From positions 1,232 through 65,231 of the forward strand of contig LOEV01000150.1 in assembly GCA_001516065.1 (NCBI GenBank): a stretch of 64,000 nt of DNA, in the 5' to 3' direction. Both the position numbers and the translations under genes were made by a program. Source of the DNA: Alphaproteobacteria bacterium BRH_c36. GTDB taxonomy: Bacteria; Pseudomonadota; Alphaproteobacteria; Rhizobiales; Hyphomicrobiaceae. Positions 1-11,226 of this stretch are shown piece by piece. The first letter of the stretch is position 1, and each line of letters starts with the position of its first letter. The notes under the pieces are model-generated. The model saw only the letters and a list, made by a program, of their open reading frames with translations. It did no database searches and was not told where the DNA came from.

Positions 1-3
1 AGA

Positions 4-828
4 ATGGCACTCAAGACATTTCGTCCGACATCGCCCGGCCTTCGCCAGCTGGTGATCGTCGACCGCAAGGAATTGTGGAAGGGCGGCCCGGTCAAAATGC
101 TGACCGAGGGCAAGTCGAAGACCGGCGGGCGCAATACCCACGGGCGTATCACGACGCGTCATATCGGCGGCGGACACAAGCAGACTTATCGTCTGGTCGA
201 TTTCAAACGCCGCAAGTTCGATGTCGTCGGCACGGTGGAACGGATTGAATACGACCCGAACCGTACCGCCTTCATTGCTCTCGTGAAGTATGAAGACGGC
301 GAATTGAACTACATCCTGGCTCCGCAGCGGCTGTCGGTCGGCGACCAGGTCGTTGCCGGCGAGAAGGTGGACGTGAAGCCCGGCAACGCGATGCCGCTGT
401 CGAGCATGCCGATCGGCACGATCATTCACAACGTCGAGATGAAGCCCGGCAAGGGCGGTCAGATCGCGCGTTCGGCTGGTGCGTTTGTGCAATTGGTCGG
501 CCGTGACGCAGGCTGGGCGGTGCTCAAGCTGAGTTCGGGGGAAACCCGCCGGGTGCGCGCAGACTGCATGGCAAGCGTGGGCGCCGTCTCGAACCCCGAC
601 CATGGCAACACGGTCGACTCAAAGGCAGGCCGGACCCGCTGGAAAGGCACCCGCCCGACGGTTCGCGGTATCACCATGAACCCGATCGATCACCCCAACG
701 GCGGGCGTACGAACGGTGGCAAGCACTGGGCAACACCCTGGGGCAAACCAACCAAGGGTTACAGAACGCGCAAGAACAAGACGACGGACAAGTTCATCGT
801 CCGCAGCCGTCACCTGAAAAAGAAATAA
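4..828 (+). CDS. rplB: 50S ribosomal protein L2
   Basis: [32 protein letters not shown] motifs; S10 operon order. Confidence 0.99.
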   Translation: MALKTFRPTSPGLRQLVIVDRKELWKGGPVKMLTEGKSKTGGRNTHGRITTRHIGGGHKQTYRLVDFKRRKFDVVGTVERIEYDPNRTAFIALVKYEDGELNYILAPQRLSVGDQVVAGEKVDVKPGNAMPLSSMPIGTIIHNVEMKPGKGGQIARSAGAFVQLVGRDAGWAVLKLSSGETRRVRADCMASVGAVSNPDHGNTVDSKAGRTRWKGTRPTVRGITMNPIDHPNGGRTNGGKHWATPWGKPTKGYRTRKNKTTDKFIVRSRHLKKK

Positions 829-868
829 GCGCGGGAAACCGCGTCGACACGCTTAAGGAGATACAGTC

Positions 869-1144
869 GTGGCACGCTCAGTCTGGAAGGGTCCGTTTAT
901 CGACGGCTACCTCCTCAAGAAGGCCGACAAGGTGCGCGCTTCGGGACGCAACGAGATCATCAAGATCTGGAGCCGTCGTTCGACGATTCTGCCCCAGTTC
1001 GTTGGTCTCACCTTTGGCGTCTATAACGGGCAAAAGCACATCCCCGTGAACGTGACCGAAGACATGATCGGTCACAAGTTCGGAGAGTTCTCGCCAACGC
1101 GGAACTACACCGGCCACGGCGGCGACAAGAAGGCGAAACGATAA
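869..1144 (+). CDS. rpsS: 30S ribosomal protein S19
   Basis: RSVWKGPF...[11 protein letters not shown]; GTG start after AAGGAG. Confidence 0.99.
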   Translation: MARSVWKGPFIDGYLLKKADKVRASGRNEIIKIWSRRSTILPQFVGLTFGVYNGQKHIPVNVTEDMIGHKFGEFSPTRNYTGHGGDKKAKR

Positions 1145-1620
1145 TGGGTAAGCCGAGCCGGGAGCGCGCCCTCCCTGACACCGAGGCGAAGGCGGTTGCG
1201 CGCAACTTGCGTATCTCGCCACAGAAGCTGAACCTTGTCGCGGGCCTCATCCGGGGCAAGCCGGTCGAGCAGGCGCTCGCAGATCTCGAGTTCTCGCGCA
1301 AGCGGATCTCCGATGATGTGCGCAAGTGCCTGATGAGTGCGATTGCGAACGCGGAAAACAACCATCAGCTGAGTATCGACCAGCTGGTCGTCGCGGAAGC
1401 CTACGTCGGCAAGAACCTGATCATGAAGCGCTTCCATGCACGTGGCCGCGGGCGTTCGTCGGTGGTTATGAAGCCGTTCTCGCAGATCACCGTCGTAGTC
1501 CGTGAAGTCAACGAACAAGAACTCGAAAATTCGCGCAAGCGCGGCAACGGGGGCAAGGTCAAGGCGGCCAAGGCTTCCCGCGATGGCCGTGGCGTCGAAG
1601 CGGCAGTGGAGGCCGACTGA
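1144..1620 (+). CDS. rplV: 50S ribosomal protein L22 with C-terminal extension
   Basis: [26 protein letters not shown]; operon order. Confidence 0.98.
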   Translation: MGKPSRERALPDTEAKAVARNLRISPQKLNLVAGLIRGKPVEQALADLEFSRKRISDDVRKCLMSAIANAENNHQLSIDQLVVAEAYVGKNLIMKRFHARGRGRSSVVMKPFSQITVVVREVNEQELENSRKRGNGGKVKAAKASRDGRGVEAAVEAD

Positions 1621-2348
1621 TGGGTCACAAAGTCAATCCGGTCGGCCTGCGAGTCGGCATCAACCGGACCTGGGACAGCCGCTGGTTTGCCCGCACGGGC
1701 GAGTACGGCAAGCTGCTTCACGAAGATTACGCGATCCGTGATCACATCATGAAGATGCAGCGTCCGGCCAGCATCTCGAAGGTTGTGATTGAGCGGCCGC
1801 ACAAGAAGTGCCGGGTGACGGTCCATACCGGGCGGCCGGGCGTGCTGATCGGCAAGAAGGGCTCGGATATCGACAAGCTGCGCGGCGAACTCGCGCGGTT
1901 GACCGATAGCGAAGTCCACCTCAACGTGCTCGAGATCCGCAAGCCGGATATTGATGCAACGCTGATAGCCGAAAATATCGCCCAGCAGCTCGAGCGGCGA
2001 ATTGCTTTCCGTCGCGCCATGAAGCGCTCGGTGCAGACGGCGCTGCGTGCCGGAGCTCAGGGCATCCGCATCAACGTCGCTGGCCGCCTCGGTGGCGCGG
2101 AAATTGCGCGGACCGAATGGTATCGCGAAGGCCGGGTGCCGCTGCACACGCTGCGCGCGGATATCGATTTTGGACGGGCCGAAGCCAAGACAGCCTACGG
2201 CATCATCGGCATCAAGGTCTGGGTGTTCAAGGGCGAGATCATCGATCACGACCCGATGGCATCGGAAAAGAAAGCTTTCGAAGGCGGTGACGGTGGACGC
2301 CCACGGCGCGACCGTGGCGGCCAGAGCGACACGCCGCGCGACAGGTAA
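1620..2348 (+). CDS. rpsC: 30S ribosomal protein S3
   Basis: [31 protein letters not shown]. Confidence 0.99.
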   Translation: MGHKVNPVGLRVGINRTWDSRWFARTGEYGKLLHEDYAIRDHIMKMQRPASISKVVIERPHKKCRVTVHTGRPGVLIGKKGSDIDKLRGELARLTDSEVHLNVLEIRKPDIDATLIAENIAQQLERRIAFRRAMKRSVQTALRAGAQGIRINVAGRLGGAEIARTEWYREGRVPLHTLRADIDFGRAEAKTAYGIIGIKVWVFKGEIIDHDPMASEKKAFEGGDGGRPRRDRGGQSDTPRDR

Positions 2349-2415
2349 GAACTCAAGTCGAGTGCGACTCGGAAGGTCGGGCGCGCCAGGCCAGGGACGT
2401 TAAGGATCTGAAGTC

Positions 2416-2826
2416 ATGAAGCAACCGAAACGGACAAAGTTTCGCAAGCAGTTCAAGGGCCGTATCAAAGGCACCGCCAAGGGCGGGACCGCCTTGAACT
2501 TCGGCTCGCACGGTCTCAAGGCCGTGCAGCCGGAGCGCATTACGGCGCGCCAGATCGAAGCGGCGCGCCGCGCCATCACGCGTCACATGAAGCGTGCCGG
2601 GCGCGTCTGGATCCGGATCTTCCCTGACCTGCCGGTGACCTCGAAGCCCGCCGAAGTGCGCATGGGCTCGGGCAAGGGATCGGTCGACCGGTGGACGGCA
2701 CGCGTCCATCCCGGCCGTATCATGTTCGAACTCGACGGGGTTTCGGATGTCGTGGCCCGCGAAGCACTTGAACTTGGCGCGCAGAAGCTGCCGATCAAGA
2801 CACGTATCGTTACCCGCATCGGCTAA
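2416..2826 (+). CDS. rplP: 50S ribosomal protein L16
   Basis: [21 protein letters not shown]. Confidence 0.99.
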   Translation: MKQPKRTKFRKQFKGRIKGTAKGGTALNFGSHGLKAVQPERITARQIEAARRAITRHMKRAGRVWIRIFPDLPVTSKPAEVRMGSGKGSVDRWTARVHPGRIMFELDGVSDVVAREALELGAQKLPIKTRIVTRIG

Positions 2827-2871
2827 CGCCGGACGCGAAGACACAGAGATTTTCGAGGACGGTTGAGACCA

Positions 2872-3066
2872 ATGAAAGTCGCCGAGATCAGAGACAAGTC
2901 CGTCGACCAGCTCGACGATGAGCTGATGAAGCTCAAGAAGGAGCAGTTCAACCTGCGTTTTCAGCAGGCGTCCGGGCAGCTCGAAAAGACATCGCGGGTT
3001 CGCGAGGTGCGCCGGACTATCGCGCGCGTCCTGACGATCCGCAAACAGAAGCAAGCACAAGGCTGA
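2872..3066 (+). CDS. rpmC: 50S ribosomal protein L29
   Basis: [21 protein letters not shown]; ATG at 2872 preferred. Confidence 0.97.
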   Translation: MKVAEIRDKSVDQLDDELMKLKKEQFNLRFQQASGQLEKTSRVREVRRTIARVLTIRKQKQAQG

Positions 3067-3169
3067 CTGCGGGCCTGCAAAGGCTCCGCCAACACTCGTT
3101 AGCTTGACACTTTGCAAGCTCGTGTCAGACGCAAGCCGTGTTGGGGCGGCCTCAAGAGGAATACGAACT

Positions 3170-3412
3170 ATGCCAAAGCGCATTCTGCATGGCGTCGTGG
3201 TTTCGGACAAAAGCGACAAGACGGTTGTCGTTCAAGTCGAGCGCCGCTTTACGCATCCGCTGTTCAAAAAGACGGTGCGCCGTACGAAGAAGTACAAGGC
3301 GCACGACGAAGAGAACCGCTGCAAGGTTGGCGACCGCGTCCAGATCGTGGAAAGCGCGCCGATTTCGAAGCACAAGAGATGGACGGTACTGGAGCAGGCC
3401 AGCAGCGCTTGA
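3170..3412 (+). CDS. rpsQ: 30S ribosomal protein S17
   Basis: [22 protein letters not shown]; ATG 3170 after GAGGA. Confidence 0.98.
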   Translation: MPKRILHGVVVSDKSDKTVVVQVERRFTHPLFKKTVRRTKKYKAHDEENRCKVGDRVQIVESAPISKHKRWTVLEQASSA

Positions 3413-3577
3413 GGGTGCTGAAGTCCTCTCCGGTCTAGACTGCCGGGACTAACGCGCGCTCACCACACGACTGTCAGGAAGTGTGGAAGAGGAAAAAGTG
3501 CTCCTGTGTGAGCCGAGCGCGATGCGCAATTTGTTACAACGGGCCGCCCGAGGGCGGCTGCAGAAGGAGCGAGAGCG

Positions 3578-3946
3578 ATGATCCAGATGGAGACGAATCT
3601 CGACGTCGCCGATAACTCGGGCGCCCGTCGCGTGCAGTGCATCAAGGTGCTGGGTGGCTCCAAGCGCAGGTACGCAACTGTAGGCGACATCATCGTGGTG
3701 TCGGTGAAGGAGGCGATCCCCCGCGGGCGTGTGAAAAAGGGCCAGGTGATGAAGGCGGTCGTCGTGCGTACCGCCAAAGGCGTGCGCCGTCCCGACGGAT
3801 CGCTCATCCGCTTCGATCGCAACGCGGCGGTGCTGGTGAACGCGCAGGGCGAGCCGATCGGTACCCGTATTTTCGGACCGGTGACGCGCGAACTGAGAGC
3901 GAAGAAGCACATGAAGATCATTTCTCTGGCGCCGGAGGTGCTGTGA
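3578..3946 (+). CDS. rplN: 50S ribosomal protein L14
   Basis: [16 protein letters not shown]...SLAPEVL. Confidence 0.99.
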   Translation: MIQMETNLDVADNSGARRVQCIKVLGGSKRRYATVGDIIVVSVKEAIPRGRVKKGQVMKAVVVRTAKGVRRPDGSLIRFDRNAAVLVNAQGEPIGTRIFGPVTRELRAKKHMKIISLAPEVL

Positions 3947-4272
3947 TGGCGTTGGCCAAAATCAAGAAGGGCGACCGGGTCATTGTCCTGACCGGCCGCG
4001 ACAAAGGCAAACACGGCGAAGTCATCGAGGTGCGCCCGAAGGAATCGCGCGCGCTGGTGCGCGGCGTCAACATGGTTCGCCGGCATCAAAAGCAGACAGC
4101 CAAAGACGAGGGCGGCATCATCTCGAAAGAGGCCCCCATACACGTCTCGAACCTGGCGATCGAGGACCCGCGCGACGGCAAGCCGACACGCGTCGGGATC
4201 AAGATCCTGGAAGACGGAACCAAGGTGCGCATCGCCAAGCGTTCCGGCGAAGTGATTGCGGAGAAGGCATAA
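3946..4272 (+). CDS. rplX: 50S ribosomal protein L24
   Basis: [25 protein letters not shown]; TGATG coupling with rplN. Confidence 0.98.
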   Translation: MALAKIKKGDRVIVLTGRDKGKHGEVIEVRPKESRALVRGVNMVRRHQKQTAKDEGGIISKEAPIHVSNLAIEDPRDGKPTRVGIKILEDGTKVRIAKRSGEVIAEKA

Positions 4273-4275
4273 GCG

Positions 4276-4959
4276 ATGGCCGAGAAACAGAAGGTCCAGG
4301 ACGGGGCCAAGAAAAAGAAGAAGGACAAGGGTGAATCGGCTGGCGATATGGCGCCGCCGGCACCGCGCCCGGCCGACTACAAGCCGCGCCTCAAGAGCTA
4401 CTATGAGGACGTCGTACGGGCGCAACTCAAGGAGAAATTCTCCTATGCGAACCCGATGCAGATCCCCAAGATCGATAAAATCGTGCTCAACATGGGCGTC
4501 GGCGAGGCGGTTGCGGACAAGAAGAAGGTCGAAAGCGCGGCTGGCGACCTGGCGCTGATCGCAGGACAGCGTCCGGTTATCACACGGGCGCGCAAGTCGA
4601 TTGCCGGCTTCAAGGTCCGCGAAGGCATGGCGCTCGGCACCAAGGTGACGCTGCGTGGCGACCGGATGTATGAATTTCTCGATCGCCTGGTGACGATCGC
4701 GATGCCGCGCATCAAGGACTTTCGCGGGCTCAATCCGAAGAGCTTCGATGGCCGTGGCAACTATGCGCTCGGCATCAAGGAGCACATCGTTTTTCCGGAA
4801 ATCGACTACGACAAGGTCGATGAAGTCTGGGGCATGGACGTCGTGGTCTGCACGACGTCGAACAACGACGACGAAGCACGCGAACTGTTGAGAGCGATGA
4901 ATTTTCCGTTCCCGAAACCCGCAGAAAAGAACGCGGATACGTCGGGCGAATCGGCTTGA
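4276..4959 (+). CDS. rplE: 50S ribosomal protein L5 with Lys-rich N-terminal extension
   Basis: [25 protein letters not shown]. Confidence 0.98.
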   Translation: MAEKQKVQDGAKKKKKDKGESAGDMAPPAPRPADYKPRLKSYYEDVVRAQLKEKFSYANPMQIPKIDKIVLNMGVGEAVADKKKVESAAGDLALIAGQRPVITRARKSIAGFKVREGMALGTKVTLRGDRMYEFLDRLVTIAMPRIKDFRGLNPKSFDGRGNYALGIKEHIVFPEIDYDKVDEVWGMDVVVCTTSNNDDEARELLRAMNFPFPKPAEKNADTSGESA

Positions 4960-5060
4960 GACAGGCATAATCAGCTTAGAGACCGCGCACACCAAGCACT
5001 CCCGCGCGGGATCTAAAGGACCTCGGGAAACCCCGAAAGGCCTTTGGAGAAAGATAAGAG

Positions 5061-5366
5061 ATGGCGAAGACCGGTAAGAAGCAGAACAACCTGAAGCGGC
5101 GCAAGCTCGTCGAGCAGTACGCCGAGAAGCGCAAGGCCCTGAAGGCGACGGCGAACGATCTATCAAAGCCGACGGAAGAGCGTTTTGCTGCCCGTCTCAA
5201 GCTTGCCGAACTGCCGCGCAATTCGGCGAAAGTGCGCATTCGCAACCGTTGCGAAATCACCGGGCGTCCGCGCGGCTACTACCGCAAGTTGAAGATGTGC
5301 CGCAACATGCTGCGTGAACTGGCGAGCCAGGGTCGCATCCCCGGCATCGTCAAGTCGAGCTGGTGA
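5061..5366 (+). CDS. rpsN: 30S ribosomal protein S14 (101-aa form lacking the four-Cys zinc motif)
   Basis: [30 protein letters not shown]. Confidence 0.98.
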   Translation: MAKTGKKQNNLKRRKLVEQYAEKRKALKATANDLSKPTEERFAARLKLAELPRNSAKVRIRNRCEITGRPRGYYRKLKMCRNMLRELASQGRIPGIVKSSW

Positions 5367-5379
5367 GGAGACAACGCTG

Positions 5380-5778
5380 ATGCCAATGAATGATGCTCTC
5401 GGCGATATGCTCACCCGTATCCGCAATGCTCAAATGCGTCGCCGGCCCAAGGTCTCGACGCCAGCTTCGAAGCTGCGCGGCCGCGTACTCGAGGTGCTAC
5501 AGTCGGAAGGCTTTATCCGCGGTTTCGCGCTGATCGAGCAGAAGGGCGAGCACCCGGAATACGAGATCGAGCTCAAGTACTTCAACGGTCAACCGGCGAT
5601 CAAGGAGATCAAACGAGTCTCCAAGCCGGGTCGCCGGGTCTATTCTCCGGTGAAGGATCTGCCGACAGTGGCCAACGGCCTCGGTGTGTCGATCCTGTCG
5701 ACGCCGCGGGGCGTGATGTCGGATGCGCGGGCTCGTGAAGAGAACGTCGGCGGCGAGATCCTCTGCAACGTATTCTAA
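5380..5778 (+). CDS. rpsH: 30S ribosomal protein S8
   Basis: [24 protein letters not shown]. Confidence 0.98.
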   Translation: MPMNDALGDMLTRIRNAQMRRRPKVSTPASKLRGRVLEVLQSEGFIRGFALIEQKGEHPEYEIELKYFNGQPAIKEIKRVSKPGRRVYSPVKDLPTVANGLGVSILSTPRGVMSDARAREENVGGEILCNVF

Positions 5779-5814
5779 ATTTGTGGGACCGGCCTGGCGC
5801 CGGAGGAACAAGTC

Positions 5815-6354
5815 ATGTCACGTATCGGAAAAAAGCCAGTCGCGGTGCCTTCGGGGCTAACCGCAACGATCGACGGGCAGACGGTCAAGGTGAAGGGTTC
5901 GAAGGGCGAACTTTCGTTCACCATTCCCGAAGTCTGCTCGGTCGAGATGACGGACGACGGCATTGTCGTGCAACCGCGCGACGATTCGAAAGAGGCCCGA
6001 TCGATGTGGGGCATGTCGCGCACGCAGATATCGAATCTCGTGGAAGGCGTCTCCAGCGGCTTCTCAAAGATCCTGGAGATCCAGGGGGTCGGTTATCGCG
6101 CGGCGATGAAGGGCAAGGACCTGCAGCTCAGCCTCGGGTTCAGCCACGAAGTCGTGCATCCGATTCCTCAGGGCGTGCAGGTTGCCGTTAGCGGAGCCAA
6201 GCAAGAAATCATCACTGTCAGCGGTATCGACAAGCAGCTTGTCGGTCAGGTGGCTTCCGAAATCCGCGGCTATCGCCCGCCTGAACCCTATCAGGGCAAG
6301 GGCGTGCGCTATCAGGGCGAGTACATCTTCCGCAAGGAAGGCAAGAAGAAATAA
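5815..6354 (+). CDS. rplF: 50S ribosomal protein L6
   Basis: [21 protein letters not shown]. Confidence 0.99.
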   Translation: MSRIGKKPVAVPSGLTATIDGQTVKVKGSKGELSFTIPEVCSVEMTDDGIVVQPRDDSKEARSMWGMSRTQISNLVEGVSSGFSKILEIQGVGYRAAMKGKDLQLSLGFSHEVVHPIPQGVQVAVSGAKQEIITVSGIDKQLVGQVASEIRGYRPPEPYQGKGVRYQGEYIFRKEGKKK

Positions 6355-6365
6355 GGACGGTCGAG

Positions 6366-6728
6366 ATGACTTCGCTTTCGCAGAATTTCATCAAGCGGCG
6401 GAACCGTGTTCGCCGCGCTTTGAGGAAGAAGTCCGACGGGCGTCCGCGTCTCTCGGTGCATCGCTCCTCGAAGAACATCTACGCACAGGTGATCAACGAC
6501 ACGGACGGCAAAACGATTGCTGCGGCGTCGACGCTCGAGAAAGACCTGCGTGGAAGCCTCAAGACGGGCGCCGACAAGGAAGCGGCGGCCAAGGTCGGCA
6601 AGCTGCTTGCCGAGCGAGCCGTTGCTGCCGGCGTCAAGTCTGTCGTGTTCGACCGCGGCGGCTTCCTGTTTCATGGCCGCGTGAAAGCGCTTGCCGATGC
6701 CGCCCGCGAGGGCGGCCTGGAATTCTAA
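6366..6728 (+). CDS. rplR: 50S ribosomal protein L18
   Basis: [30 protein letters not shown]. Confidence 0.99.
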   Translation: MTSLSQNFIKRRNRVRRALRKKSDGRPRLSVHRSSKNIYAQVINDTDGKTIAAASTLEKDLRGSLKTGADKEAAAKVGKLLAERAVAAGVKSVVFDRGGFLFHGRVKALADAAREGGLEF

Positions 6729-6747
6729 GGATAGAAGGATACCGACT

Positions 6748-7338
6748 GTGGCACGTTCTCCAGAAGGTGGTGGCCGCCGGGGCCGAGATCGCGATCGCGA
6801 AGAGCGGGACAGCGAATTCTCCGATAAGCTCGTTCATATCAATCGCGTCGCGAAGGTGGTGAAGGGCGGCAAGCGCTTCGGTTTCGCAGCCCTCGTGGTG
6901 GTTGGCGACCTGAAGGGCCGGGTCGGCTTCGGACACGGCAAGGCACGCGAAGTGCCCGAAGCGATTCGGAAGGCGACCGAAGCCGCCAAGCGCGACCTCG
7001 TGCGGGTGCCGCTCCGCGATGGCCGAACCCTGCACCATGACAGCGTCGGCCGTCACGGTTCGGGCCGCGTTATCCTGCGATCAGCCCCTGCGGGTACGGG
7101 TATCATCGCAGGCGGTGCAATGCGTGCCGTATTCGAGATGCTCGGTGTCCACGATGTGGTGGCGAAGTCGCTTGGTTCGACCAACCCCTACAACGTCGTC
7201 CGGGCAACGATCGACGCGCTGAAGGAGCAGGAAAATCCGCGCACCATCGCAGCGCGCCGCGGCATGAAGGTTTCCGACATCGTCACACGGCGCCGCGATG
7301 CGTCATCGGCGGCTGAAGCGGCAATTGCGGACGCCTAA
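6748..7338 (+). CDS. rpsE: 30S ribosomal protein S5
   Basis: [22 protein letters not shown]; GTG start at 6748. Confidence 0.98.
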   Translation: MARSPEGGGRRGRDRDREERDSEFSDKLVHINRVAKVVKGGKRFGFAALVVVGDLKGRVGFGHGKAREVPEAIRKATEAAKRDLVRVPLRDGRTLHHDSVGRHGSGRVILRSAPAGTGIIAGGAMRAVFEMLGVHDVVAKSLGSTNPYNVVRATIDALKEQENPRTIAARRGMKVSDIVTRRRDASSAAEAAIADA

Positions 7339-7423
7339 ATAGCATCAACATCCGATAGGACCCGGCAGGAGCGCCGGACAGGATGCTGGCGCTTCAGAAA
7401 AGATTTGCTGAGGTAGTGAGACA

Positions 7424-7615
7424 ATGGCCGATACAGCGAAAAAGACGATCACGGTCCAGCAGATCCGCAGTGCGATCCGCCGGCCGGAAATCCAAACCAA
7501 GACCCTGACGGGCCTTGGGCTGAACAAACTGCACCGGACGCGTACCCTCGAAGATACGCCTTCGGTGCGGGGCATGATCGCGAAGGTGCAGCATCTGGTG
7601 CGCATCGTCGAGTGA
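7424..7615 (+). CDS. rpmD: 50S ribosomal protein L30
   Basis: [25 protein letters not shown]. Confidence 0.97.
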   Translation: MADTAKKTITVQQIRSAIRRPEIQTKTLTGLGLNKLHRTRTLEDTPSVRGMIAKVQHLVRIVE

Positions 7616-7722
7616 TTGCCGGGTCGGTTCTGATCAACATGAATGTTCCGGGATCCGCCGACAGGAATGGCGGCGAAATCAAAATTCAACTCCCGGCCAA
7701 AATTTAAGGAGCTCGAAGTCGC

Positions 7723-8256
7723 ATGCGGCTCAATGAGATCAAGGACAATGCTGGCGCTTCCAAAAAGCGCGTGCGCGTCGGCCGCGGCATCGGATCGGGC
7801 GTTGGCAAGACGGCTGGCCGTGGCCACAAGGGTCAAAAGGCACGCAACGGAGTCGCCATCGGCGGCTTCGAAGGCGGCCAGATGCCGCTCTACCGCCGGC
7901 TGCCGAAACGGGGCTTTTCGAAGTGGCGGCGCAAGTCGTTCAACGAGGTTAGCCTTGCCCGCCTGCAGGAAGCCGTCGATGCCGGCATGCTCGAGACGGC
8001 TGGCGAAATCGACGCCGATGCGCTCATCGCCAGCGGAATACTGCGGCGTGCGCTTGACGGCGTTCGCATCCTCGGGGTCGGCGAACTCAAGGCGGCGCTG
8101 AATCTCAAGGTCGATCACGCGACGGCGTCGGCGAAGGCCGCCATCGAAAAGGCGGGCGGTTCGGTTACACTAATCGAGAAGAAGGTGCTGGCCGACGACG
8201 AAGCCAAGCGGGCCAAGACGGCAACCAAGAAAGCCAATAAGGCCAACGCGAAGTAA
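7723..8256 (+). CDS. rplO: 50S ribosomal protein L15
   Basis: [27 protein letters not shown]. Confidence 0.99.
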   Translation: MRLNEIKDNAGASKKRVRVGRGIGSGVGKTAGRGHKGQKARNGVAIGGFEGGQMPLYRRLPKRGFSKWRRKSFNEVSLARLQEAVDAGMLETAGEIDADALIASGILRRALDGVRILGVGELKAALNLKVDHATASAKAAIEKAGGSVTLIEKKVLADDEAKRAKTATKKANKANAK

Positions 8257-8434
8257 TCGTTTCGGGGCCTGCTGCCTCCGCAGTTGCCGAAACGCGGCGC
8301 GATGGCCACATTACCGGTGTCGCTCTGGTCCGCGTGAAGTGTCTTGTGAGCGGCGGGACAATGGTCAGCGCAGGGTAGACGGCGCCGCAGGACGGTCGAA
8401 CGTCGCCGCAACGAGGTCGGGAGACACACACGTC

Positions 8435-9826
8435 ATGGTATCCGCTGCCGAACAGCTCGCCCAAAACGTCAACTTTTCCGCTTTCGGGAAGGCGCAGGAT
8501 CTCCAGCGGCGCATCTGGTTCACCCTGGGTGCGTTGATCGTTTACCGGTTCGGTACGTTTATCCCGATCCCTGGCGTCAATCCGGAAGCATTCGCGGAGA
8601 CGTTCCAGCGCTCGTCGCAGGGCATCCTGGGGCTGTTCAATACGTTTGCCGGCGGCGCCGTAGAGCGCATGGCGATCTTCGCGCTCAACATCATGCCTTA
8701 CATCTCAGCCTCCATCATCATGCAGTTGATGTCGAGCGTGAACAAGCAGCTCGAGCAGCTGAAGAAGGAAGGCGAGCAGGGTCGCAAGACCATCAACCAG
8801 TACACGCGCTACCTGACCGTGCTGCTGGCGACCGTACAGGCCTACGGCATTTCGGTCGGCCTTGAAAGCATGCAGGCGGGACAGCTTGCAGTTGTCACCG
8901 ATCCGGGCTGGTTCTTCCGAATTTCGACGGTGATTACGCTGGTCGGCGGTACCGTGTTCCTGATGTGGCTTGGCGAGCAAATCACGCAGCGCGGCATCGG
9001 TAACGGCATTTCGCTGATCATCTTTGCCGGTATCGTCGCCGGCATGCCCTCGGCGCTGGCCGGCCTCTTCGAACTTTCGCGGCAGGGGTCGATCTCGATC
9101 ATGCTGGTGTTCGGGGTGCTGCTGTTGATGGCTGTCGTGGTGTTGTGCATCGTGTTCATGGAACGAGCGCAAAGACGTCTCTTGATCCAGTACCCGAAGC
9201 GCCAGGTCGGTAATCAGATGATGCAAGGCAACGCGTCGCACCTGCCGCTAAAGCTGAACTCGGCAGGCGTTATTCCGCCAATCTTCGCGTCCTCGCTGCT
9301 GCTGCTGCCGACGACAGCGGCCCAGTTCACCGCCGGGCAGACCGGGTCGGGTGGTCCTGACTGGTTGACCTACATCACGTCGCTTCTGGGTTACGGGCAA
9401 CCGCTGCACATGGCGATCTATGCCGCCTTGATCATATTCTTCGCGTTCTTCTATACGGCGGTGGTGTTCAACCCGCAGGAAACGGCCGATAACCTGCGCA
9501 AGTACGGCGGCTACATTCCCGGTATTCGTCCAGGTGCAAAAACCGCCGAGTACATCGATTATGTGCTCACGCGAATTACGGTGGTGGGTGCCTTCTACCT
9601 TGCGGCTGTCTGCTTATTACCGGAATTGATGATTGCGAATTCGCCCATCCCGTCTACGTTTGCTGCTGTACTTGGCGGAACGTCGCTGCTGATTGCCGTG
9701 AGTGTGACCATGGACACCGTTGCGCAAGTGCAAAGCCATCTGCTGGCGCATCAGTACGAGGGCCTGATCAAGAAAGCGCAACTCAAGGGAGCCTCGCCGA
9801 CGTCGAGGCGAGGGAAACGCAGATGA
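8435..9826 (+). CDS. secY: preprotein translocase subunit SecY
   Basis: IMPYISASII, GIGNGISLIIFAGI, IPGIRPG; multiple TM segments. Confidence 0.99.
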   Translation: MVSAAEQLAQNVNFSAFGKAQDLQRRIWFTLGALIVYRFGTFIPIPGVNPEAFAETFQRSSQGILGLFNTFAGGAVERMAIFALNIMPYISASIIMQLMSSVNKQLEQLKKEGEQGRKTINQYTRYLTVLLATVQAYGISVGLESMQAGQLAVVTDPGWFFRISTVITLVGGTVFLMWLGEQITQRGIGNGISLIIFAGIVAGMPSALAGLFELSRQGSISIMLVFGVLLLMAVVVLCIVFMERAQRRLLIQYPKRQVGNQMMQGNASHLPLKLNSAGVIPPIFASSLLLLPTTAAQFTAGQTGSGGPDWLTYITSLLGYGQPLHMAIYAALIIFFAFFYTAVVFNPQETADNLRKYGGYIPGIRPGAKTAEYIDYVLTRITVVGAFYLAAVCLLPELMIANSPIPSTFAAVLGGTSLLIAVSVTMDTVAQVQSHLLAHQYEGLIKKAQLKGASPTSRRGKRR

Positions 9827-10467
9827 ACCTAATCCTGCTGGGGCCGCCGGGCGCGGGCAAGGGTACGCAGTCCGAATTGATCGCCAGCAAGTATGGAATC
9901 GTCCAGCTCTCGACAGGTGAAATGCTGCGTGAAGCGGTGAAGGCCGGTACGCCAATCGGACAGCAAGCGAAGGCCCTGATCGAGGCAGGAAAACTGGTTC
10001 CGGACGAAATGGTGGTGGGCATCATTTCGGAGCGGATCGATCAACCGGATTGTGAGAACGGTTTCATTCTGGATGGTTTCCCGCGCACTCTGGGACAGGC
10101 TTCGGCCTTGGAAAAGTTGCTGGACGAGAAGGGCAAAACGCTTGATGCCGTTATCGAATTGAGAGTCGACGACGAAGCAATGGTCGAACGTATCACCGGG
10201 CGATATTCGTGTGCCAAGTGCGGAGCAGGATACCACGACAAGCATAAGCAACCCGAAGTATCTGGTGTCTGCGACAAATGCGGCAGTACGCAATTTACGC
10301 GACGCGCGGACGACAATGAAGAAACGGTTCGTGCCCGGTTGCTGGCGTATTACCGTTCAACAGCTCCGCTGATCGGCTACTACTTTGCCAAGGATCGTTA
10401 CAACTTCGTGGACGGAATGGCTGATATCGACGAGGTGGCGAAGCAGATTGAGGCCATCCTTGGGTGA
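9823..10467 (+). CDS. adk: adenylate kinase with Cys-containing LID (CAKC...CDKC)
   Basis: GPPGAGKGTQ P-loop, ILDGFPRT. Confidence 0.98.
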   Translation: MNLILLGPPGAGKGTQSELIASKYGIVQLSTGEMLREAVKAGTPIGQQAKALIEAGKLVPDEMVVGIISERIDQPDCENGFILDGFPRTLGQASALEKLLDEKGKTLDAVIELRVDDEAMVERITGRYSCAKCGAGYHDKHKQPEVSGVCDKCGSTQFTRRADDNEETVRARLLAYYRSTAPLIGYYFAKDRYNFVDGMADIDEVAKQIEAILG

Positions 10468-10571
10468 CCGTGAGGCTGGGGCCGTGGGGATCAACGCCTT
10501 GAAATGTCTCAGAACTGGAATACAAGTGTGCCGGCAGCAGAAATAGCTTGCACTCAGATGAACTTCGGCGA

Positions 10572-10600
10572 TTGACGCTTGTCAATGCTACGTATAGAAC
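10572..10600 (+). promoter_or_regulatory. candidate sigma70 promoter for the alpha operon; -35 lies within a TTGAC-N4-GTCAA palindrome
   Basis: TTGACG-17 bp-TAGAAC upstream of rpsM. Confidence 0.5.
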
Positions 10601-10760
10601 AATCGGATTTTCGGGTCCAGAAAGCGTGGACGGGTTCGCAGGGCACGGCGCTGCGGGCGGACATGGCTTTTATGACGACAACTCAATCAGCGCAGGCGGC
10701 GCACTTCCCGTGCGTCGTGCTGTGCTTTCGCTGTTTGACCAGGCATCAGGAGAACACCAC

Positions 10761-11129
10761 GTGGCCCGCATCGCTGGCGTGAACATTCCGACCCAGAAGC
10801 GCGTACCCATCGCGCTCACCTACATCCACGGCATCGGGCCCAAGTTCGCCCGCGAGATCTGCGAGAAAGTCGGTATCCCGGCGGAGCGCCGGGTCAACCA
10901 GTTGACCGACGCCGAAGTCCTGCAGATCCGCGAGACCATCGACAGAGACTTCATGGTCGAGGGCGACCTGCGCCGTGAGACGGCGATGAATATCAAGCGC
11001 CTGATGGATCTTGGCTGCTACCGCGGGCTGCGTCATCGTCGCGGACTGCCGGTTCACGGTCAACGGACCCACACCAACGCTCGCACCCGCAAGGGCCCGG
11101 CAAAGGCTATCGCAGGCAAGAAGAAATAA
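10761..11129 (+). CDS. rpsM: 30S ribosomal protein S13
   Basis: [23 protein letters not shown]; GTG start after AGGAG. Confidence 0.99.
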   Translation: MARIAGVNIPTQKRVPIALTYIHGIGPKFAREICEKVGIPAERRVNQLTDAEVLQIRETIDRDFMVEGDLRRETAMNIKRLMDLGCYRGLRHRRGLPVHGQRTHTNARTRKGPAKAIAGKKK

Positions 11130-11226
11130 GAAGCCGCCCCTTGCGGTTTCCTTACCCGGATGACGGGACGTTCGCCGGCTGCTTTGTGCGCGTCGGCTTC
11201 AGCGCAGACAAGAGAGTGACGAATAG

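Noticed and set aside
3460-5166. 568-aa minus-strand ORF
   Set aside because: Antisense shadow of rplN-rplX-rplE-rpsN, typical of GC-rich codon bias.
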